IMG/VR virus record: IMGVR_UViG_2917855067_000005
Origin: a virus
Taxonomy: Duplodnaviria > Heunggongvirae > Uroviricota > Caudoviricetes
DNA length: 37,823 nt
Reading direction: 5' to 3' (one strand)
Shown here: positions 30,252-37,823 of the stretch, one piece after another
Numbering within the stretch: the first letter of the stretch is position 1
Layout of the letters: each line of letters begins with the position of its first letter
Notes under the pieces: generated by a model
The model's database searches: none
What the model was told of the DNA's origin: nothing
The model's input: the letters and a program-made list of their open reading frames with translations, nothing else
Translations under genes and position numbers: made by a program

Positions 30252-31193
30252 TCACCCCCTAAATCCTGCCGGGATCTGGCTGTAGTCCACGTTGTCGTAA
30301 CTGGCTTTGAAGTACGGGTCTTCACGTTTTTCTGTGTGCGTGCTGACGGACGGCGATAAGCGCAGGGAAAGCTCATCCCATTTTTCCCGCAACTTCGACG
30401 GGCTGAGCACGTTACGGCACCAGAACGGATCGCGGCTGACGCGGCTGTACATCTCGCAGATTTGTTTGTGAGTACGACCATCCTGCACACACATCAGGCG
30501 AATTTCGTTTGCCCAGGCTGTCCAGTTAGGTTCTTTGGGACGAACCACCTCGCCGTCACATTCGGCGGCCTGCTCGTACAGGGCGATGATTTTTTTCCAA
30601 AGCCACTGTGCGCAGGTCAAATCATCCTGCGTCCCCCACTGGCGCTTTTTAGGGCTGAATACAACCGCATCAGGATGGCGAGTTAAAAAATCCTGTTCAT
30701 CCGTCTGCGTGTCCGGTTGCGAAGCGTCCGGACGAGAAGGTTTTTTATCTGACGGATCATGTTTTGATTTTACTGACGGATCCCCGCCAGATTCTGACGG
30801 GTGAAAACCCGCTTTTTTGCCAGATTTCGACGCATCAAATTTTGACGGGTCAGATTTTGATGCGTCAGATTTTGACGGGTCAGAATCTGACAGTTGAGAA
30901 AATGCCGCTGCCTGAAGCTTCGCAACGTTAAGCTGATAAACATTCGACGCATTGCGGTTACCCTGGCGACGCGCCTTACGCGTTAACCAGCCTTCTGCTT
31001 CCAGCCGTGCGATAGCCGTCCTGACGGTACTCATCCCCGCGCCAATCTGACGGGCAATGGTTTCAATTGATGGCCAGCACACGCCTTCGTCATTACTGAA
31101 ATCAGCTAGGCGGGCCATAATTGCCACGCTGGATAATTTCATGCCTGACGCTGCGCAACCATCCCATACATAGCCGGTTAATTTAGTGCTCAT
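30252..31193 (-). CDS. Replication initiator (lambda O-like; N-terminal HTH, repeat-encoded linker, C-terminal domain)
   Basis: 313-aa ORF; N-terminal HTH (SIETIARQIGAGMSTVRTAIARLEAEGWL); central SDPSKSDASKSDPSKFDASKS linker encoded by iterons. Confidence 0.7.
   Translation of the reverse strand: MSTKLTGYVWDGCAASGMKLSSVAIMARLADFSNDEGVCWPSIETIARQIGAGMSTVRTAIARLEAEGWLTRKARRQGNRNASNVYQLNVAKLQAAAFSQLSDSDPSKSDASKSDPSKFDASKSGKKAGFHPSESGGDPSVKSKHDPSDKKPSRPDASQPDTQTDEQDFLTRHPDAVVFSPKKRQWGTQDDLTCAQWLWKKIIALYEQAAECDGEVVRPKEPNWTAWANEIRLMCVQDGRTHKQICEMYSRVSRDPFWCRNVLSPSKLREKWDELSLRLSPSVSTHTEKREDPYFKASYDNVDYSQIPAGFRG
30745..30895. repeat. Iteron array inside the initiator gene (candidate origin of replication)
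   Basis: At least five tandem approximately 16-bp repeats of the form TCAGATTTTGACGGG / TCAGATTTTGATGCG / TCAGAATCTGACAG. Confidence 0.65.
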
Positions 31194-31541
31194 GACCGAC
31201 CTCTATTTCCCTGAATTTACGACGAAACTGTTCGAGCGGGCTGAAGCACTCATGCTCATAGCCTTCACGGAGGTAGATAACCCGTTGTGTTTCCGGCTCC
31301 CAACGAATGACTCTGACGGGCACTCCGTAGTGATCTTTGAACCAGCGGTTAACTTGTCGCAAAGGACTGTCTCCTTCTGCCGGTTGAAATCACCCACAGC
31401 CCACTCAGCAAAGCTGTGGGTTACAATTTCCCTGTCACCTGGTACATTCACTGCATAGCAATACTCCACCTTCGCTTTTCCACCCGGTACAGGAAGCGCA
31501 ATCAGTTGCGAGCGACGGTAGTGTGTTGTTAAACTGTTCAT
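31183..31541 (-). CDS. Hypothetical early protein, apparently frameshifted near 31355..31400
   Basis: Track ORF 31203..31541 degenerates into S-rich low-complexity text while the -1 frame reads protein-like [42 protein letters not shown]... ending 11 nt into the initiator gene. Confidence 0.5.
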
Positions 31542-31610
31542 GCGTTAGTTTCTCCACAACCAGAAGCAATCGACGCCACGACGCCCGGAGCTGCACACTC
31601 GCGGGCGTCA

Positions 31611-32108
31611 TTACTTTCTGAAATGCAAAAAAATTTTGTAGACAAGTGCTGCATGCTCCTGCAGCTTCGAAATTGAGAGGTACAGCTCGTCGTTAATTGC
31701 TGTCTTCTCATGCGGTTCCACTACACCGTCTTCGATTGCTGAACGAATCTGTTTTGAATAACTGCCGATCTGTTCAATGACTTCCAGCAGACGCTGGTTA
31801 ATATCGGCGTTGTCCACATCCTCGACGTCAGGAAGAGACACAAAGACGCCATTTGCAGACTGCGCCACAGCATCAGCAATGAAGTGAGTGCCACCAGCAC
31901 GCTGTAAAACCATTGCCCATCCCAGCGGGAAAATCTGATCGCCATCTGCACGAAGGCGGTTGAATAAAGCGTTTTCTGTTACATCGAGCCAGTCAGCCGC
32001 TTCAGCGTAACCACCCGGCAACGCCGCGATAGTTTTTCTGACAGCTTTCACGTACCACTCAGGCTGTTTTTCTATTTTCCAGTGATGCTTACCCACGATT
32101 AGCCTCAT
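31611..32108 (-). CDS. Early regulatory protein in the cII position (CII/YmfL-like, tentative)
   Basis: 165-aa ORF immediately downstream of cro; function inferred from position only. Confidence 0.4.
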   Translation of the reverse strand: MRLIVGKHHWKIEKQPEWYVKAVRKTIAALPGGYAEAADWLDVTENALFNRLRADGDQIFPLGWAMVLQRAGGTHFIADAVAQSANGVFVSLPDVEDVDNADINQRLLEVIEQIGSYSKQIRSAIEDGVVEPHEKTAINDELYLSISKLQEHAALVYKIFLHFRK

Positions 32109-32139
32109 CGTTCTGTGGTTAAAAATTGAAAGTGTTTTG

Positions 32140-32340
32140 CTAATCTTTCGGATAGATATCCGGTCTTAAGTCAGATTTCGTAATTGCACCTGACGTGCAT
32201 TGCTCAAGTTTTTTAGCCAGCACAAAACTGGCTTTTTTATAGCCATTGAAAACCAGCCGTAAGTAGCCAGGTGTTGAGCCAACTTTTCCGGCCAACTCGC
32301 CCTGCTGTTCTTTGGTTAAAGAGTCCCAATACGCTTTCAT
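32140..32340 (-). CDS. cro: Cro-like repressor
   Basis: 66-aa product MKAYWDSLTKEQQGELAGKVGSTPGYLRLVFNGY... with GGAGG RBS; divergent from cI across operators; track ORF is an upstream extension. Confidence 0.65.
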   Translation of the reverse strand: MKAYWDSLTKEQQGELAGKVGSTPGYLRLVFNGYKKASFVLAKKLEQCTSGAITKSDLRPDIYPKD

Positions 32341-32342
32341 AC

Positions 32343-32415
32343 AATATGTACCTCCGGTATACATATTACATGATTGAAATGAACCTTCAAGATACTTGTA
32401 CCTTAACGGTACAAG
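32343..32415. promoter_or_regulatory. Right operator region with divergent promoters for cro and cI
   Basis: Two palindromes with TGTACC half-sites: AATATGTACCTCCGGTATACATATT (32343..32367) and CTTGTACCTTAACGGTACAAG (32395..32415); minus-strand TTGAAG-16 nt-TAATAT overlaps the first. Confidence 0.65.
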
Positions 32416-32430
32416 GGTTTTAATTTCGTT

Positions 32431-33105
32431 ATGAAAACAATCCATGACATCCGGCGGTCTAACGCCAGAAAACTGAGAGATGGTGTTGGCGGGAATTCTT
32501 CCTTTGCCACTATGATTGATCGCGAGCCAACCCAGACCAGCAGGTTTATGGGAGATGGTGCTACTAAAAATATCGGTGACAGCATGGCACGACACATCGA
32601 AAAATGTTTCGACCTGCCTGTCGGATGGCTCGATCAAGAACACCAGACAACGAACATCACAAAAAAACCTGATGTTTCAATCACTAATAAACAAATCACA
32701 TTAGTCCCTGTCATATCATGGGTACAGGCCGGAGCATGGAAAGAAGTTGGATATTCTGAGGTTGATTTGAGCACAGCAGAAACGTATCCCTGCCCTGTAC
32801 CCTGTGGGGAAATGACTTATATCTTGCGGGTGATAGGTGATTCAATGATTGATGAGTACCGCCCGGGAGACATGATTTTTGTCGATCCTGAAGTACCTGC
32901 CTGCCACGGTGACGACGTTATTGCATTGATGCACGATACAGGTGAAACCACCTTCAAAAGGTTGATAGAAGATGGGACACAGCGTTATCTCAAAGCGTTA
33001 AACCCAAACTGGCCTGAGCCTTACATTAAGATCAACGGTAATTGCTCTATAATTGGAACTGTGATTTTCTCAGGAAAACCAAGAAGATACAAAATCAAAG
33101 CCTAA
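32431..33105 (+). CDS. cI: CI-type prophage repressor (HTH plus S24/LexA-like peptidase domain)
   Basis: 224-aa ORF; C-terminal LRVIGDSMIDEYRPGDMIFVDPE ... resembles the autocleavage domain; divergent from cro. Confidence 0.85.
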   Translation: MKTIHDIRRSNARKLRDGVGGNSSFATMIDREPTQTSRFMGDGATKNIGDSMARHIEKCFDLPVGWLDQEHQTTNITKKPDVSITNKQITLVPVISWVQAGAWKEVGYSEVDLSTAETYPCPVPCGEMTYILRVIGDSMIDEYRPGDMIFVDPEVPACHGDDVIALMHDTGETTFKRLIEDGTQRYLKALNPNWPEPYIKINGNCSIIGTVIFSGKPRRYKIKA

Positions 33106-33117
33106 TCAATGTTTATG

Positions 33118-33140
33118 AACCTGCTTCGGCAGGTTTTTTT
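33118..33140 (+). terminator. Intrinsic terminator after cI
   Basis: AACCTGC-TTCG-GCAGG followed by TTTTTTT; perfect stem with UUCG tetraloop, 13 nt after the cI stop. Confidence 0.75.
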
Positions 33141-33144
33141 ATAC

Positions 33145-33172
33145 TTGACAATGTACCATTGAGATACATAAT
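33145..33172 (+). promoter_or_regulatory. pL-like promoter with operator half-sites
   Basis: TTGACA - 16 nt - CATAAT, with TGTACC operator half-sites overlapping the spacer and -10. Confidence 0.55.
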
Positions 33173-33339
33173 GTACCCAAGAGAAACAACAAACAGGCAG
33201 GACGCCCACGAAGTAGCCGCCTGGGGCATATGAAGTCCAGGATGATTCGTTAGCAACAAAAAAGCACCCTACAGGACGCTTAGCTCTTTAACAATCTGGT
33301 CCCCATCAACAAGTAACTGATAACTTGAGGAGGTGTGAA

Positions 33340-33546
33340 ATGCACAAAACAGAACCAAAAATCGTCGCGCCCGGATACACAAATGAGGAAATTTACGAGT
33401 GGATGGCAAAGAAGCTGGCAGCTATAAACCAGCTTCGTGAAGTGCTGTCTTATCGACAGGAAACAATAGACTCCTTAAAAAAACTGGATCAGGAAATCAC
33501 GGTTTTATCACAGGATGTTACTTTAGATATTGTGCAGACAAATTAG
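33340..33546 (+). CDS. Small hypothetical protein, first gene of the leftward early operon
   Basis: ATG at 33340 preceded by GAGGAGG RBS; the track's 33325 start is a TTG inside the RBS; 68 aa. Confidence 0.45.
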   Translation: MHKTEPKIVAPGYTNEEIYEWMAKKLAAINQLREVLSYRQETIDSLKKLDQEITVLSQDVTLDIVQTN

Positions 33547-33952
33547 GATCCCATTCATTTTCGTCAAAATCATCAAAGTGATGAATTTGTGATCTCCAGT
33601 CTCGATAATCTAAAAATTTCTGGGCGGTTACGCTTATTTTATCAAGCGTGAGTTCATCCTGAATTGAAAGAAGAAGTTCATCAAATTTCATCTCATTAAT
33701 CTGTTTTGGCATCCAGTGATGCTTCATCAGAATAAGGTGAACCAGAGCTTTTTTCCCATTCAACTGATTATAGGGAGTGCCGAATTTCTTCCGGTGCTCA
33801 TGTAAGACAAGGTCCAGAAGAGTAAGTAATGTTGCCCTTGATTCAACTTTGCTTATTTCGACTGATGACACTACCCCACTGATTTCAATGCCCCGATACT
33901 TTCCAACATTTTCACAGTGGGATTTGTACAGCGTATAGATATTACCGGACAT
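33518..33952 (-). CDS. Hypothetical protein (AT-rich moron, antisense to the pL operon)
   Basis: 144-aa ORF, visibly AT-rich, convergent with and overlapping the 3' end of the small plus-strand gene; no family recognised. Confidence 0.55.
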   Translation of the reverse strand: MSGNIYTLYKSHCENVGKYRGIEISGVVSSVEISKVESRATLLTLLDLVLHEHRKKFGTPYNQLNGKKALVHLILMKHHWMPKQINEMKFDELLLSIQDELTLDKISVTAQKFLDYRDWRSQIHHFDDFDENEWDPNLSAQYLK

Positions 33953-34238
33953 TTCTTTTCCTTTTGCGTTGTTGGGGATAACCAGATTAACCGAATCCTT
34001 GTTGTTGGGGAATAACCAGGTCCACCTCGCCTGATGTGGCTAAAAGCAGGCACATAACTGCTAAGTATTTTCAACCAGAGAGAATCCTTAGCGTTGTGGT
34101 GAATGCGGCTCAGCGCACGCGGGTTAAGGTTGAGGCTGACAGTCGACCTTCTGTGGATACCCACCCGTCTGGTGTGCAACCTTCGCCAGGCACCGGGAGG
34201 CACCCGGCACCACAACTTTATGCTGTGTGTAGTCTTGA

Positions 34239-34373
34239 CGGTACCAGTTTGTACCCTTGCTTCCGGCTGGTACCGTCCTTTTTACAAAACAGAGAAGAGC
34301 ATCACCGGACGACGGGCTCATAACCCAATCCATCCGGGGCGGCAGTCATCGCAGGTGTTCTTCTCTGTTTTGT
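34239..34373. other. GC-rich non-coding region with two strong inverted repeats (candidate structured RNA or recombination accessory element)
   Basis: Perfect 9-bp inverted repeat CGGTACCAG / CTGGTACCG (34239..34275) and a 16-bp arm pair ACAAAACAGAGAAGAG / TTCTTCTCTGTTTTGT (34284..34299, 34358..34373); only junk-like overlapping ORFs. Confidence 0.4.
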
Positions 34374-34446
34374 GGAGAAACTAACCGACCTTGCAGGGTC
34401 GATATGCAGAGACTGAACAGTTATTGAAGTAATAAGGTGATCGCAT

Positions 34447-34692
34447 ATGCTTCAAATGTTAACTCTTGAAGAATGGGCTTCTGAAAAATACAGAAGTAAT
34501 CCTCCAAGCGTTTCCACGTTGCGTCGTTATGCTAAGCAGAATTTGTTTTGTCCACCGGCAATGAAACAAGGTCGGTTATGGCGAGTGCGTGAGGACGCCG
34601 AGTTAGTTGGAGAGCTGGTAACACCAGTAATTAAGAAAAATGACTCATTACTTTTGCAACGGATTTTGAGTGATGGCAGCCAGACCGCGTAA
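34447..34692 (+). CDS. xis: Excisionase
   Basis: 81-aa ORF immediately upstream of and overlapping int; MLTLEEWASEKYRSNPPSVSTLRRYAK pattern of lambdoid excisionase-like proteins. Confidence 0.7.
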   Translation: MLQMLTLEEWASEKYRSNPPSVSTLRRYAKQNLFCPPAMKQGRLWRVREDAELVGELVTPVIKKNDSLLLQRILSDGSQTA

Positions 34693-35801
34693 GAATAATG
34701 TTTCAGTCCCTAACTTATATCCGCTTTATAGCCGAAAGGTAAATAAAGTCTATTGGCGGTATAAGCATCCAATAACAGGGAAATTCCATGCTTTGGGAAC
34801 AAACGAAACTGAAGCTATCGCTATTGCCACTGAAGCCAATACGCGCCTGGCTGAACAAAGAACCCGGCAGATTCTGGCCATCAGTGACAGGATCGCAACC
34901 AGCAAAGGGAAAGCAATCACAACGTCAACTTGGTTAGATCGCTATCAAGCGATCCAGAATGACAGGCTGAAAAAGTGGTGATATAAAGCTCAACACCTAC
35001 AAGCAGAAAGCCAAACCTGTCTCCTTACTTAGAGAACGGGCAGGATTGAAGCTAATTTCAGCTGTTGATGTCCGGGATATTGCACAATTACTTGATGAGT
35101 ATATTGCCGCTGGGCAACCGAGAATGGCACAAGTAGTTCGCTCCGTCCTGATTGATGTTTTCAAAGAGGCGCAGCACTACGGAGAAGTACCTCCTGGCTA
35201 TAACCCTGCATTAGCTACTAAACAGCCAAGAAGAAAAATTACCCGACAAAGGCTGAGCCTCGAAGAATGGAAAAAAATATTCGATATCGCAGATGCCAGC
35301 CATCGTTACATGGGAAATGCCATGCTGCTAGCCTTGGTTACTGGTCAGCGGTTAGGCGATATTTCACGTATGAAATTTAGCGATATTTGGGATGATCATC
35401 TGCATGTCATTCAGGAAAAAACCGGGAGCAAAATCGCCATCCCGCTTTCCCTGCGCCTCAATGCGATTAACTGGAGTTTGCGCGATGTAGTAGCCCGTTG
35501 CCGTGACTATGCTGTCAGCCCATACCTTGTACATTTTTTTCGTACTACTTCACAGGCTGAACGCGGCGCACAGGTTAAAGCCAATACCTTGACTATGAAT
35601 TTCAGTAAAGCAAGAGATTTAGCAGGAATTGACTGGGGTGAAGGTTCTCCCGCAACATTTCATGAACAAAGGTCTTTATCAGAACGTTTGTATAAAGAAC
35701 AGGGTTTAAATACACAAAAATTACTTGGTCATAAAACACAACAACAAACCGATCGTTATCATGACGATCGAGGCAAGGGATGGAGCAAAGTAGCGTTGTG
35801 A
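34670..35801 (+). CDS. int: Tyrosine integrase (lambda Int family), interrupted by a 1-nt frameshift in an A5 run (34980..34984)
   Basis: Track ORFs 34670..34981 (arm-binding N-terminus) and 35046..35801 (catalytic domain ... HEQRSLSERLYKEQ ... LLGHK ... DRYHDDRG); removing one A gives ...NDRLKSGDIKLNTYKQ.... Confidence 0.85.
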
Positions 35802-35951
35802 AAATTTAACATTAATATTAGATAAAAGTCTCTAGTAGTTCTTCAACGTCGAAAGCTAACCACCGAAATCAAATATGATAACGGTGGTCATTCGATACTA
35901 AAATGTCAAGCTTTTATCGGTAACAAAAATTCAATAAAAGTGAATCGGCCC

Positions 35952-37823
35952 TTAAACCACGATTCCTAAATGGCATGGTTGCTCACCTTCAAGAGAGGCT
36001 CTCATTAAGGTCAGGAATTGGGATAAATTATTTCTAAAATCAGAACCACTATCTTCCGCCATTCCTGGAGCTAACGAACTTACTAATAAAGCAGGTGTGA
36101 TAGGTCTTGTTCCGTAAATACTATATTTCTCATGATGGAAATGACGAGTCTCGCAAGATTCACTTGGATTTACAATCATCAGCCCAGAAGACAAACTTTT
36201 TCCAGTATTTTTTTCATGTATACCATGAAGGTATTTCATAGTGAGTTCGGGGAGGTAATGTGTAAACGCTTTTTTACTGGTAGTATACTTTGCATCTAGG
36301 ATTAATTGCCTTTGTTCACCCGTAGGCGTTGAAATGCAAACTATCATGTCTGGTGATCGATTAGCATTAGGACCTTGCTGCCCTCTAGGCTTCAATTTAC
36401 CTTTCACGGTGTCTAGAGTCCACCCTTCGGAGTTAATTAGGGAAGCCCCAAAAGAGCTTGCATGATCATGAGTCCAAATTTTCATCTCATAGATAAGCTG
36501 TACAGTAAAACCTCCCCAGTCATACTCAAAATTATTCCGTTCTATTACAGGGCCATTCACTAGCTCAAACTTCATGCCCAATAGCCGTACGTTGTCAAAG
36601 TGATACTTAATTAAAAATAATAGGTAGTATTCAAAAAGTTTTGGGATACTTTGTATCGAAAATAGCTCTTCCTGTACGCTCCAATCAGGTGCGCCGAATC
36701 TATGCCAAGCAATTATTTTATGAAAAACCTTCTGATAATGAAGGTTGTATCTAGCTTTTCTTGTGAATTGCGGAGTGCCAATGATAATATTAGTTACAGG
36801 AACCCGCTCATCAAAAGTTCGTTTCAAACGCTGTAGATTAATAATCAATTCTTTACATCGTGAAACTTTATTTTTATTTACAACCTTTGCAAACTTACTT
36901 AGCTGTGCAAAAAATGAAATATACCCGGATATGCTCGACTGTTCACGAATTCTGGAAGAAGGATACTCTTCAAGCCGACTCAAGATCTCCGATGCAGCAC
37001 GCATTAGGGATACTATAAAGCCATGGACAACTTGATTTTCATAAATATTCAAATCCTCTTTTAGATGATTTTCTAATATTCGTTCCGATGAATAATATGT
37101 GCCATCTAGTTCCAATATTGCGCGGGTCTGATCATTAACTGGATAAAGGTTGTCAGAGTTTTCTGAAATCCAAGCTAAAGTGGTGTCATCGATAACAGAG
37201 TTTTCGGATACTACGACAACTTTAGTCACTGGTGTAAGTTTTGCGATTGGCCTGGAATAGATATTTGGAATCTCGGTCATTAACAATAAAACATTTCGTT
37301 CGAGTTGTTCAATCAAAAAGCTAACCGATCTTTCTCCTTCTTTGAATCCTGCATTTATACGAGTTACTCTAAAAAATGCTGCTAGAGCATCATTATCATG
37401 ACACGCTAAGAAATCGAGCATTTTTTCTGCCCGTTCAGCATTCAATTTTTTGGCAAATACTTCAACCGGAGAATATTGTTCAATAATAACTCTTTCGCCA
37501 ACTCCATCGATTTTTGTTACTATCGATAGCTCTGCCATACCATAATAGTTATGAAAAAAGCATTCGTATGTTGATCGATATATAGATTTTGGTTTCCATT
37601 CGTAAATCCATAGGCCATCGTATTCTTTGCTAGAAGTTATTCCTATTTCATTTTCATGAAGACATAAAAAAACATCATCCAACGGAACAGATGCTTCCAG
37701 CCTAAACTCTAGAGCTTCGTCTTCCAGAAAATAAATCTGATTAGAGGACTGAAGACCAAAGGGAGTCAACCCTATCTCTAGACCACTTCTCCTGCCGTTT
37801 ATTATCTTCGCAGTAAACCTCAT
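35952..37823 (-). CDS. Large hypothetical protein with C-terminal PD-(D/E)xK-like nuclease motif (candidate restriction/defence component)
   Basis: 623-aa intact ORF starting at the last three bases of the window; visibly AT-rich; motif SPDMIVCISTPTGEQRQLILDAKY fits PD ... (D/E)xK spacing. Confidence 0.65.
   Translation of the reverse strand: MRFTAKIINGRRSGLEIGLTPFGLQSSNQIYFLEDEALEFRLEASVPLDDVFLCLHENEIGITSSKEYDGLWIYEWKPKSIYRSTYECFFHNYYGMAELSIVTKIDGVGERVIIEQYSPVEVFAKKLNAERAEKMLDFLACHDNDALAAFFRVTRINAGFKEGERSVSFLIEQLERNVLLLMTEIPNIYSRPIAKLTPVTKVVVVSENSVIDDTTLAWISENSDNLYPVNDQTRAILELDGTYYSSERILENHLKEDLNIYENQVVHGFIVSLMRAASEILSRLEEYPSSRIREQSSISGYISFFAQLSKFAKVVNKNKVSRCKELIINLQRLKRTFDERVPVTNIIIGTPQFTRKARYNLHYQKVFHKIIAWHRFGAPDWSVQEELFSIQSIPKLFEYYLLFLIKYHFDNVRLLGMKFELVNGPVIERNNFEYDWGGFTVQLIYEMKIWTHDHASSFGASLINSEGWTLDTVKGKLKPRGQQGPNANRSPDMIVCISTPTGEQRQLILDAKYTTSKKAFTHYLPELTMKYLHGIHEKNTGKSLSSGLMIVNPSESCETRHFHHEKYSIYGTRPITPALLVSSLAPGMAEDSGSDFRNNLSQFLTLMRASLEGEQPCHLGIVV

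Noticed and set aside
30745-30895. Tandem repeats considered as a CRISPR array or VNTR
   Set aside because: Repeats are only about 16 bp, contiguous without spacers, and in frame within the initiator gene; this is the iteron pattern, not CRISPR.
31186-31458. Plus-strand 90-aa ORF opposite the frameshifted early gene
   Set aside because: The minus strand in this interval gives a more protein-like reading that ends overlapping the initiator start in the usual coupled arrangement.
33325-33339. TTG start at 33325 proposed by the ORF track for the small pL-operon gene
   Set aside because: The TTG lies inside the GAGGAGG ribosome-binding site; the ATG at 33340 has proper spacing.
33953-34446. Structured GC-rich region considered as a retron msr/msd or a tRNA
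   Set aside because: No reverse transcriptase gene adjacent and no cloverleaf or tRNA-like acceptor/anticodon arrangement; kept only as an unexplained structured element.

Overview
The window is almost entirely one prophage with a mosaic layout, all working from the sequence and the ORF track alone. It combines a lambda-like regulatory, replication and lysis backbone (int/xis, cI/cro with palindromic operators, O-like initiator with internal iterons, RusA, Dam methylase, Q, holin/R endolysin/Rz/Rz1), an HK97-type packaging and head module, and a Mu-like contractile tail. The tail module ends in a Gin/Pin-type invertible tail-fibre segment with its invertase. This resembles e14/SfV-type prophages as I recall them. 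Several AT-rich cargo insertions sit at classic moron positions. The most interesting is a two-gene cassette between Q and the lysis genes: a YejK/NdpA-like nucleoid-associated-protein homolog plus a protein with C-terminal membrane helices. This is my best candidate for an undescribed accessory or defence system. Others are a GIY-YIG nuclease-domain gene after the invertase, a lipoprotein moron inside the tail module, a 141-aa gene between Rz and the HNH gene, a 144-aa gene beside the immunity region, and a 623-aa gene just beyond int. At least eight genes are broken by single-base indels, most in short homopolymer runs, which looks more like sequencing error than decay, so gene boundaries should be treated cautiously. 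Homology calls are from memory of protein families, not searches. No rRNA, tRNA or CRISPR array was recognised.
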